Shown one piece after another: positions 23,582 through 35,027 of a stretch of 64,000 nucleotides of DNA. Numbering within the stretch: the stretch's first letter is position 1; each line of letters begins with the position of its first letter. This DNA comes from Scyliorhinus canicula (Eukaryota). The position numbers were made by a program, and so were the translations under genes. The stretch covers positions 86,436,822-86,500,821 of the forward strand of contig NC_052158.1 in NCBI RefSeq assembly GCF_902713615.1. Direction: 5' to 3'. The notes under the pieces are model-generated. The model saw only the letters and a list, made by a program, of their open reading frames with translations. It ran no database searches and was not told where the DNA came from.

Positions 23582-24373
23582 TGTTGCTCTTTTTAACTGG
23601 ATACAGATATGACAGTTATTAATGATGAGATTGCTTTTCAGAGTCGCCAGGTATCAAATGATACCCCCACAAGGTTTTACCGGATATCGATCAAAGACCA
23701 AACCAGTTAGTTAGTTCCAGTTCAATGATAGTTTATTTGCATTCAAGAATTACTTGGACATGCAACATAAAACACTACAAGCTAAATTACACCTAACACA
23801 CAACAACCTGTACTTAACTTAAGGCACCCGGCTTTATGCAGAGGAACAAGGCCTTTGTTCGGATCTTGAATGGCTGGGTCTGGAGAAGTGACTTCGTTCC
23901 TGCTGGGCTCATCCGTCTGGTAGCGATCGTTGGTCTTGAACTTGTCTTCTGGTCGTGATGCTAAACTTGGTTTTAGGCATAGGTCTGGGCCAAGAGAGAC
24001 CGAGCGCCGGGGCCAAGAGAGACTGAACACATGCCAGTGTCTCCCTTTATCCTTCCTGGGTTTTGCGCTCTTTTGGGCAGTCCTTAGCTTTGGACCCAAT
24101 AATTCAGCAGGCTTCAATTACTGCCTTCGATTTTGGCCAATAAAGGGGCGGGTGGCTTGATGGCGGGGCGTGTCCTGAACGGTCATTGACCTTAGCTTTT
24201 TGGGCTCCCTGAGCAAAGGTAGTGGCACCGATGAGTGTTTCTGTATCTGTTACCCGAGTACAGGTCTTTTGTTCTGGGGAAATGAGTCCTGGGTTGACCA
24301 TATTTCCCATGGACCTTTGCAGGTGGCCATATTTCCTGGGATCCTTTGTAAGTGGCCATCCCTGATGGCTACA
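23582..24373 (-). mobile_element. Solo LTR of a third member of the A/B family
   Basis: TGTTGCTC...GATGGCTACA ends; clear similarity to the element B LTR (GCCACCTGCAAAGG..CCATGGGAA, TTCAAGACCAA.GATCGC); perfect 4-bp TSD GTTA. Confidence 0.9.
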
Positions 24374-24941
24374 GTTATTGGAAAATTTAAAGTAAAAGCT
24401 CTTCCAGAGCAGGTCATCCATGCTCAACTCTGGGAGATTCCCAGGCAATTTGGGAGCATTGGCAACGCACAGACCCAAAATAGGAAATATTACAAAGGAT
24501 GACAAGAAGTTAGGTCCAAGGCGTGGACTTTACAGAGGGTCATCAAGGAGGAAAGAGGAGTAGAGTGAAACATTGATTTAGAGAGGAAATTCCAGATTGC
24601 AGGGCCTAGACAGCTGAACACAGCCACCAACAAAAGGGAGTCAGGGGATAAATGAGACTAGAATCAGATGTAATGCAGAATTGTGGGTTGTTGTTAGATT
24701 GGAACAGTTGGCAGAGTTAAGCTGAGGACATGAAGGGATTTAAACAGGGTGTCAATCACACAAAGTATGATCAATCATTGTAGTGGAGATCCAGGTTAAG
24801 TAATAAAGGAGATACATTTGAAGCCATTTTAAAGAACAGCCAGATGTTGGACTGGGGAATCTGTCTGTCAGGTTTCCTAATTGAGTGAGTTAAGTTGGAC
24901 AGAATGACTTTACTTGTCCATCTTTTGCTTGTGAATCTCAT

Positions 24942-25272
24942 CATAGAATTTACAGTGCAGAAGGAGGCCATTCGGCACATCGAGTCTGCACCGGCTCTTG
25001 GAAAGAGCATCCTACCCAAGCATAACCCCATAACCCAGCAACCCCACCCAACACTCAGGGCAATTTTGAACACTAAGGGCAATTTGGCATGGCCAATCCA
25101 CCTAACCTGCACATCTTTGGACTGTGGGAGGAAACCGGAGCACCCGAGGAAACCCACGTATACACGGGGAGAATGTGCAGACTCCACACAGACAGTGACC
25201 CAAGCCGGGAATCGATCCTGGAACCCTGGAGCTGTGAAGCAATTGTGCTAACGACTATGCTACCATGCTGCC
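24942..25272 (-). mobile_element. HE1-like SINE
   Basis: Reverse-complement tRNA head, HE1 core and CR1-derived tail. Confidence 0.88.
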
Positions 25273-25887
25273 TTATGGCCGACTATTCCACAGTATTGAA
25301 TAAACTTGCATTTTGTACTTGCAGCCTTGTTATTGACACATCCGTTCAATCAGCAAAGCATGGGTTAGAAATAATTAATTCTAGTTTGGACAGTAAACTT
25401 TATTAGAAATTCTTCATTCAGTTAATTCACATTTAAAACTCTGAAGGCAGCACCGTCCTTACATTCGACACCCTGCAACTGCAACAATTTCCAGTTTAAA
25501 AACAAAATAAACTTTAAAACAGATCGAAGAAAATTAAGCAGCAGCACCTTAAAAAGATCCGACCGACACAGAAGTGAAAATGACTGGAGTCCACCAGTGA
25601 AGGGACTGATATGGATTAGAGTTACAATACAGATAAAACTATTCCACATACATACTAGTACATTGCAGTGAACAAAGTTTTTCAGTTGAATTAAGTAGAA
25701 CAGTTCTGGAAAAACTTAGTTCAAAATAAAAAGTGACTCAAGCTTTGTAAGAGTGAATATTGTGTGATCTCTCAGTAGTTTCTTTTTAAATTCATACAGA
25801 ACTTCAGAGGAAATTTTGCAATAAATAGAAGCTAGTGCACACCGGCTTCAAGGCATATATTTTCTCATCTGTTAAAAGCCAGATCCC

Positions 25888-26101
25888 GGGCAGCAAGGTG
25901 GCGCAGTGGTTAGCCTGCTGCCTCAGGCGCTGAGGTCCCAGGTTTGATCCTGGCTCTGGGTCACTGTCCGTGTGACATTCTCCCCGTGTTTGCGTGGGTT
26001 TCACTCCCACAACACAAAGATGTGCCGGGCAGGTGGATTGGCCACGCTAAATTGCCCTTTAATTGGAAAAAATGACTTGGGTACTCTAAATTTAAAAAAA
26101 A
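25888..26101 (+). mobile_element. HE1-like SINE
   Basis: tRNA head, core and A tail; AAAAGCCAGATC repeated on both sides (TSD). Confidence 0.88.
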
Positions 26102-26631
26102 AGCCAGATCTCAATCAGTCTAATATGACAATCATGCTAAAATTAATAACACAGTACCAGTATTCAAACCAATACCTCTGCATTTAAAAAACAACTACGG
26201 TAATTGCCCCAGAGGTCCCCGTTAGCTTCAACCTGCACATTCAGTTTTAAACAGGAAAGAATACAAAACAATTACAAGGCCGTATCCTCAAGCTACAACC
26301 TGCTGAATATTACAGGGTGTATTCGAACGATGTAGACTTTGTATGGACAACAGGCTAAAATTACAAATGTGTAGAAAGTGGTTTCCTGGATTAAGAGGAT
26401 TTCATAACGAGGTACTGTTTTACTGCTAAAATAGGAATACTTTTAAGACTGGCTGAAAATAATCCTCTTAATCCATTTGACAGGTTCTCCTCTAATTCCT
26501 ACCTAAGCATGGTCTATTTGGAAGTCACAATATTTCAAACAACCGTGGGTCCTCCACAGATTAAAATAGGATGTAAACCGTAGCTTTTCATCTCTTTGCA
26601 TTGATCTTCCAGCTTAGTCCCAGTTTATTCA

Positions 26632-26759
26632 TCACTGGTACTGCAAATAATTCTTCAACGAAATAGGCATGGGTAGGGTCTCTATCTCATGCAATCGTTC
26701 CTTGCCAAGAGAAAGGCGAATGGATCTTCGGCACAAGTCCATTAAAGGCAATGGTTCCG
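26632..26759 (-). CDS. SPSB4: Last coding exon (SOCS box) of a SPRY domain-containing SOCS box protein, SPSB4-like
   Basis: Polypyrimidine tract + CAG acceptor at 26760-26762; phase-1 exon reads (P)EPLPLMDLCRRSIRLSLGKERLHEIETLPMPISLKNYLQYQ*, matching the SPSB1/SPSB4 C-terminus; RRSIR and SLKNYLQYQ favour SPSB4 but the paralog assignment is not certain; the SPRY exon is not in the window. Confidence 0.9.
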
Positions 26760-28399
26760 CTGAAACAAAAAAGAAAAATAGTTTAATTTTTAAACATTAG
26801 GAAACTTTTGCATGAAAGAATGTGAGCAGCAGCCCTTTGGACAAATACATTCCACAAATGTGAGAGAGATTAATTATAACATCGCCATTATTTGTGAAAA
26901 CAAATTGAAACATACAAAACATTGAACAAAATTCTCCATACTATTCACAAAACATCATTAAGCTAAAAATAAACGTATTACAACATTCTTGCATGGCCCA
27001 CTATTATTCTCTTTGATACAACAATCTGTGGAATGGAAACGGGCTACATTCCTCTTGAGCATATGCCAATCACATGGTCATCAAATGAAGTTCATATATA
27101 TCAAGTAACATCTCAGCCCCAGTCTTTGGTTCAAAGATCGCATTATGCTCAGTCAACAAAATATTATCACTATAGTCACTGTGTTCTATGGATGTCTCTT
27201 AATCTTCAATTTCCTGTACGCCATTCACAATCTGGAGATGTTTCACAACTGCAATCCCAAAAGTAAGAGAGAAGAAATATGGAGCTGATTTCTATAATCA
27301 GTCTTCTCTTACACACACAATATTGAAACAGCAGTGTTCAAAAATGGCAAGTGGAATAAAAGTGAATCCCCAAGCTAAATAACTTCAGAGATTACAATTG
27401 CATGCAACAGCACTAATTAATACATGTGGCAAGTGTAATTTGTTGTTGTTAATTGTCCTGCAGGGTTAATCTTGAAATGCAATCTAATTTTGAGCAAGAT
27501 GCACAGAAACCTGCAATCCTGAATTCAAACTCCATGAAATTAATGTTGATGTATATCATAATATTTGTATATGTATATATCTGAAACTACTTGGAACGAA
27601 TGCTAAAATTAGGACTTAACCGGGGATGGAAGTGAAATGGTTACAGTCAGTTCTCGGGTGACTCATTCTGATGTTGGAATAGACTCTGTGGGTCACGCTA
27701 CATTGGCCCGTAACTTACTGCATCATTCGTAACTTAAGTCGCTGGTACGCCGCACATGAGCGGCATGACAACCTAAAAGTTCAGGCATGTGCGCTGGAAA
27801 CACTGTTTTACCTCCCGGTCATTTTTTCCCCCCCATGCTTGAAGCCCTGTGCTGCTGAATGAAAAGTCCAGCTGCAGTGTCAGCTTGTGCCACTTACCTG
27901 GATATTGTTGGGTTTTTACATCGTGGGTTTTTACATCGTTTTATTTATACAGAAATGTTTCAGTCTAGCAGAGGCAATAGACTTTTTTTTGGTAGGTTAA
28001 TGTTTTATATTATTAGTGTTTATGCATATTTAAAATGCCAATACAATGAAAGGAAGATATATATTCTTTTAAACTTTGGTTTATCACGAGGCTGTTAATT
28101 CCATTAAAAGGGTACTTTACTGTATAAGTGAGTTTGAAGTCACAGAAGGTGAAATACTTATTTGTTTTTATACCTTGGTTTGTCATGAGGATGTTAATTC
28201 CATAAAAGAACTATAACGGGTTCATTGAAGCCTACTCGTGACAATAAGCGATTTTCATTTCATTTAATTTCATATCATAATGGATAGAATGAGGTGATCT
28301 CTCACCAACTGGTATGATTGTCCACCTAAGATGCTCTGCTACTTATCACGGGTTCTGTGGGTTCTCGTGTGACTGATGAACCCGATCCTAGAGCAGAGT

Positions 28400-28760
28400 T
28401 TCCAAAAGGTGGCATCAGTCCTTGGACGATAAGTCATGGGAATTGCTTTCTCAGGCTCCTTTTCCGGGCCGCCTTGGGTGTTCTTGAAGAATTGTGTGCC
28501 TTCAAATCAGGAGATTCTTCCAAGTAGATCTCCCCCACATTGACGTCTATGATCCATTTCTTGAGGTCTTTGAAGAGCTTTCTTTGTCCTCCTCTTTTCG
28601 GGTGAAGATGATTTGCTTTGGCAGACAGGACTCTGATATCCAATGCACGTGGACGGCCCAGCGGAGTTGGTTCTGGATGATCATGGCCTCGATACTGGTA
28701 CTATTGGTTCCTTCAAGGACAATAACGTTAGCACACCTGTCCTCCCAGCTGATTCAGAGC
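28400..28760 (-). mobile_element. RTE-clade LINE 3' fragment
   Basis: QLRWAVHVH..LPKQIIF..KRGGQRKLFKDLKK resembles the RTE ORF C-terminus. Confidence 0.65.
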
Positions 28761-29214
28761 TAAAGTACATTTGGATTTTGCAATGTATTTTAAGCTGAGT
28801 TGTTTACTAGTCTCCCAGATGTAATGTTCATCCTTAGAAGTCTGAGTGATTGCTTCAAATTGTTTAACAAAGTTTAATGCCTTAGTTGATATATGAAAGC
28901 CTCCTGTAAGGTAATGTGAACTATCTGTCTGACACGTATTGCAGCAAATCAATCACCCACCCCTGAGAGTGTACTGCCAAGGGACATCCCAAAATGATGC
29001 CAGAGGAGAGGTGTGCCTGGACACTGCACTTCACCAGCTGCTGCTTTCAGATGTTGAGCTTGTCGATTAACAATTGTTACAACACCCCCCCCCCCCACTT
29101 CCCTCCCTCCCACCCTTCTCTCCCTCCCTTTACCCCACTCTTCACTCATTCCCCTTTACAAGTAGGTGGAACCATTGTGTTTAAGTGATAAAATATATTT
29201 TATTGCAGGACCTT

Positions 29215-29800
29215 GTGTGACAGTGTGGTGTTTGTACATTCTCCCCATGTCTGCATGGATTTCCTAGAACCATGGAAAATAAATCTTACAGTGCAGAAGG
29301 AGGCCATTCAGCCCATCAAGTCTGCACCAACCCTATGAAAGAGTACCCCGCGTGGGTCCATTCCCTCATCCTATCACCAGAACCTAACCTGTGCATCTCA
29401 CTAAGGGGCAACCTAGCAAAGACAATCCACCTAATCTGCACACCTTTGGACTATGGGAGGAAACCAGAGCATCCAGAGGAAACCCACGCAGACATGGGGA
29501 GAATGTACAAAGTCCACACAGAGTTACCCAAGGCTGGAATTGAACCCAGGTCCCTGGTGCTGTGAGGCAGCAGTGCTAACCACTGTGCCACTGCCGTTTC
29601 CCCCGGGTGCTTCAATTTTCTCCCACAGTCCAAAGATGAGCAGGTTAGACGGATTGGTCTTGCTAAATTTCCCATTAGTGTCCAAAGATTGGGTGGAGTT
29701 ATGGAGGAAGGGCGGGGACCTGGGTCAGGTGCTCTTAAGGAATGTCAGTGCAGACTAGATGGGCTGAATGGCTTTCTTTTGCACTGCAGTGACTCTATAA
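29215..29800. mobile_element. Nested HE1-like SINEs (minus copy ~29265-29592 inside a plus copy)
   Basis: The plus core breaks at GGATTTCC and resumes at GTTTCCCCGGGTGCT after a complete antisense copy. Confidence 0.8.
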
Positions 29801-32064
29801 ACACGAATAAAACAAAAAAGATTTTACAAGGTCAGTGACAGCAAAAAAGCCCCAAGGCGCTTTTAAAATCTTATGATCATAATCTAAATTAAAACATACG
29901 AACATTTTTAAGCATGCCACACGTTAAAAAAAAAATATAGTATAGTACAGATTTAAATAGTTTCACAGATTTAAAACAAATAACCAAATCTATGCTCACT
30001 TATGAATAATCACTTTTCATCATGAAAAAAAATAAAAAATAACTTTCCAATAATTAACAAGAATAGTAATGCCTGTCTAAACGTAAGAGCAAAAAAAAGC
30101 CTGTTTAAAAATCATCCACATAACTTTTTAAAAAGTTACCACACGTGTCAAAAAGGTTACCTGTTCTTTTCTATCTAAATTTATTGTTTAAATGCTTGCA
30201 CAGAATGGATGTTCCCAAGCTGGCTGCAGCACCGCACTGGAGCCTGTGCAGACCGGGCCGCTGGAGGCTTCAGGCTGCTGCAGAGAAAGGAAGATTGGAC
30301 GCATCATTGGAGCGCAGGTTAAATGGGCATATTTCTCTTTCAAAAGCGTTTGATAGTGCAACTTAAGCTTTGGTACTAAGCGGGACTACCTGGCACAAAT
30401 GCTACTGTGTAATAAGGTTATATCCTAAAGTGTACTAGTTCTGCTGTGTCATTTTTCTAAACTAGGAGCTCATTTTGCCCACATCAATCTCACTGATTGA
30501 GATGAAATATTACCTATTACATTTTTGACATTATTCGCTAAAGAAAACGTGAATAATACGTTCAATCTCATGCAAACTAGCAACTAACAAATGTAAAGCA
30601 ATATGTAAATGTAAGTGCAAACAAAAACAGTCCTTTATTGTTAAGAAAGATGATGATGACTTGTTCAAAAAATTTAATTAGTCAGACATGACCTGCTTTT
30701 TGCAATTTATGCAGACTGCAATTGATTAGCCCATGTCTTTCTGAATGTTCACTGCTTTCGCAGGGCGGATTGCTGCCTTATATGATGAACAGTTGAGAAT
30801 CCTTGATAACTTGCTATTGATGACAGCTAAAGATGATTTAGGGCATGTTTTAACAGAAATGAAAGATTCCATGTCGAGCGGGTTGAGCCGGGTGTTACCT
30901 GCTGCTGGCAGCTCCGAGAATGACCATGCTATTAAATGGGACTCTGTGTAATTTCTGGGCCTCGGCGAGGCCCATCGACGTCGCACTTAGTCCCATTTCC
31001 GGCGAGCTCCATCATTTTAAAATGGCACTGCAATCTCTCAACCCCCATCACCACCACCGAAGCCTCCAGACCCCGCCCCCAAAGCCTCAAACTCACCAAT
31101 AAGGAGGTAATCGAGCCCTCCATATCTCACCTCATAAGGGCAAGGCACACCCGGGCCCAGTCCCTGGCATGGGCTTGATGTCACCTGGGCACCCTGGCAG
31201 TGCACCTTGCAACGCCACTTGGTCACCCTGGCAATTAGGGTGGCACTGCCAAAGTGCCAGATTGGCAACACCACAGTGCCCAAATAGCTCAACATTGATA
31301 TTGAATAAATCTTCTCTGGATATGGGTACAAATCATATTAACTTGAAGCCTGGAATGTAATCTACAAGTTGCATGTCACTTATTTTGATTATTCTTTTTA
31401 CAGTTCATTGGTTAACATTCTCTGAGAAAGACAGATAATTGCAAAGCAGGAATATGCAAAATATTTGTACTACAGCACATTAATAGATATGGAGCATGTG
31501 GGTACCAATTGTAGTACCACACAGCCAAAGATTAGTTCTGAGCAAAGTCAAAGTCATTGGACTTCCCTACTTTGTGCTAAGCATGTATTTACTCACCAAG
31601 CTATCGGATAGATTAAACTTCAAGTTTTAATTGGGACATAATTTGTATGTACCAATAGCAGCATTTGAACAACAGCATGAATCATTACTCTCGACATGTT
31701 TTACACCAAAGGCCAGCATCAGACACAGACACCAAAAAAAATATGCATGTCTCATGATGAGAGATTGAGAAGAGAATGCACTAAGCCCATGCAAGGTATT
31801 TTTGAGTTTAAACTTGGAAATGTAAATTTAAAAATGGGAGCGCAGCAAGGCCAGTAAAGGAAGTGACTGTATTAAACTATAATGCAATTTGTTTCCCATT
31901 TCTGAACATGTATTTTGAGGAGAAAAATCATGGACTAGAAAACTCCAACTGTTTAGTTCAATGATAAAATAATAAGTTATCATGGAATTAATTGGTGCTC
32001 CAAAATACTTAATTACAATGTACTACGGTAAAGTAAAACTAAATGCAATAAGTCAAAGAATGAG

Positions 32065-32243
32065 CAAAGGCATTGGGTGGACGCTCCTTCCCGCCACGCC
32101 ACATTTCTGTTTCACCTCGCCGGCGGGATGCTCCGTTACGCCGGCCGGTCCATGTGGTTTCCCATTGTGAGGCATCCCCACGCCGTCGGGAAACCCCTGG
32201 GCTGCTGCAAAACGGAGCATGCTTTGGCGGAGAATCTTGCCCA
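32065..32243. mobile_element. Harbinger-like MITE remnant
   Basis: Ends in GGAGAATCTTGCCC, the same terminus type as the 48080 and 50186 elements. Confidence 0.5.
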
Positions 32244-33924
32244 ATATTTTAGTTTAACCCTTTACGATTAAGGGTCTCGACAACACCAACACCAGACCCA
32301 TTTGAGTATTGCCCTCTGTAATTCTTTCACCGGCACCCAAATATATATCTGTACCTCCCTAGTCTCTTGCCCCCCCTCCAACAAACAGATGCCTATTTAT
32401 GTGTTGTAAATAATATTGCCAATTGCACAGAGTTGCTGCTGTTGAGCTGGTGCATAATACCTTACCAGTTACTTTATTTTATTTTTTATTTCTTTTCTCT
32501 TATTACTTTTTTTTGGTATGTTTGTGTGTGCCCTTCTCTTCTTTCTATATATATGTATATATTATTCTGTGAACATAATGGCAAATATATTTTGTTCATA
32601 AACCCAATAAAAGACATTTATATTAAAAAAAGATTAAGGTTCTCTTGCTAATTTTCACAACCACTGGATGGCTCACAGTGGTATCCAGCCAATATAGTAT
32701 TTTTGAAGTATAGTCGCTTGTGTAATGTAGGAAAGTAGAATATGGATTGTTCATAAGCTTTTTACTCAGGTTGGCGGAGGGTGAAGCAAAGGAAAATAAG
32801 GGAGAGGGCAAAGAACAGGGGAGTTTGGAGAAAATAATTAGCCAGGATTTCTGTTGCTGACTGCTGGTTCCAGAAACTGCAGACAGAAAGTGCACATGCA
32901 TAGATGCGCGGGATAGGGATTGACTTGTCTGGAATTCTTATCACTCATCCTATAGGTGGTTAGACTGCCAACACTCACTGTCCAGACTCTTTAACAATGA
33001 CCAGCATTGGACAGTGACCCGGGGCCAGGTCCTCGGTGCCGTGAGGCAGCAGTGCTAACCACTGTGCCACCATGCCGCCCTACACCAAATCATATATATT
33101 AGTGATTGCATTACAAAAGTGTGAATTTAATGTTAAATCCAACTGAAATTCAGTTGACCATTTTTCTGTGTGAGTAGTCGTTCATATACCTGTTTTCACC
33201 ATTTTAATAAATTCAAGTTTCAACCATGATTTTTTTTTCTGTTTGTTCTAATGGCCTGGGTGCTGTGGTAGACCTGCATTTATTTCCTCACCCTACGTAT
33301 CCTAAGAAGCTATTAGTGGACTGCTAGAATCACTGTTGTAATTGTGCTCCAGCAGTGTTAAGTAGTGAATCCTACAATATTGGTCAGAATGGTGTGTTAA
33401 TTTGGTGGGGAACTTTTTGTCCCCCCCACAACATCCCAATTGTTTTGCTCCGGTAGGGGACTACTATTCAAGTAACTTTGCTAAATTTCACCCTGTGGTT
33501 TGGGTATTCTGCAAACATTACAGTGTGTGAATATTGAATTCAAATTAGCAAGGGTACTAATTGAGTGAATAACTTTCGTAGATGTTATAGGTTCCCGAAT
33601 CACTGGCAGCAAGGACTTTCAACAAAGTAGTTTATTCACTAGCTTAGCAGCTACTCCAACACTTGTGCTGTGCCCATGCACCTGGGCATAACTAATGTAC
33701 TGCCATGTGATCTCTCTGGTAGCGGTGTTCTCAGGTGACCACTCAGTCTATAGCTTTGCCCTGTATGATGTTGCGGGTGTATGTTGGACTCATGCAGGTA
33801 AATGATGAATATGCCTGCCAACAAATTATCGGGGGCTTTAGCTAATCCAGGGCAATTGAAATATTTATTATATGTATTCTTGTTTCTGCTTTAGCTGTGT
33901 TGTAATCAGAGATAAATATCTGTA

Positions 33925-34990
33925 TTCAGATGGTGTATTTGATCTTCTCCAGATAGAGAAATTCCGACAGGTCTGCCAGCCAGTCCTCAGCTGTGAGTGG
34001 TGCTGCTGATCGCCAGCCGAGCAGGATTCTCCGGCGTGCGATCAGGGAAGCAAAAGCAAGGGCTTCAGCCCTCTTCCCCACATGAAGTTCTGGCTGGTCC
34101 GAAATTCCGAAGGCATTCTCGAGCACGGCTTCACCCTCAGCCCCACAACCTTGGACATCGCCTTGAAGAAGGTTGTCCCGAACCCGACAAGTCTGGGTCA
34201 GGCCCAGAACATCTGGGGTGGCTGGCCGGGCCTCCCTGGCACACTTCACACTTGTCCTCTAACTCCAGGAAGAACCAGTTCATTCGGGTTCTGGTTGGGT
34301 GCGCTCTGTGCACCATTTTGAACTGCATGAGGCTTAGTCTTGCGCAGAAGGAAGTGGAGTTGGCCCTGCTCAGTGCTTCACTCCAGAGTCCCCACCGTAC
34401 TTCCGTCCCTAGTTCACCCTCCTATTTCTGTCTTGCCCCATCTAGTGGTGTCCTTGCCCTTTCTAACAGTCGTCCGAAAATGTCCCACAGTTCCCCTTCT
34501 CCACAACATCCGCTTCCAGCAGTTCCTCCAACATTGTATCTCTCGGGGCCCTAGAGTACCTGGTCGTCTCCTTGCGGAGAAAGTTTTTGATTTGTAAATG
34601 ACGGAACTCCTGTCCGTTTGGTAACTCCAGTCTTTCCGTCAGCTCATCCAAGTTTTAACTCTGTCCCCCATGTAGAAGTCCCTAATCGCTAGCGTTCCCT
34701 GTCCTATCTCCACTTAATAGTGGTGTTTAGCCTGGCTGGTGGGAATTTGTGATACCGCAGATGGGGGCCATAGTAGACACCTCGGTTAAGCTGAAGTGCT
34801 CTCTCATCTGGTTCCAAGCTTTTAACATAGCTACCACCACGGGGCTGGTTGTGTATTTTGCAGAGGGAGGTGGGAACGCTGTGGTGGCTGGGGCTTGGAG
34901 GGTCGTACCTATACAGGACGACTTCTCCATCTTCACCCATTCCTTGCTCGGCTCCCTTACCCACCCCCTCACTCTCTTGAAAATATACTA
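33925..34990 (-). mobile_element. L1-clade LINE ORF2 3' fragment
   Basis: MQFKMVHRAH..DKCEVC (zinc-knuckle region) and ASLIARRRILLGW..YLEKIKY, typical of the fish L1 ORF2 C-terminus. Confidence 0.8.
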
Positions 34991-35027
34991 CTGATGTCTT
35001 CCTGTCATTTTTGACAGTTCTCAACCT

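Noticed and set aside
25422-25649. Signal-peptide-like ORF MWNSFICIVTLIHISPF..
   Set aside because: AT-rich, no recognisable homology, no convincing exon chain; it may lie in the SPSB 3' UTR.
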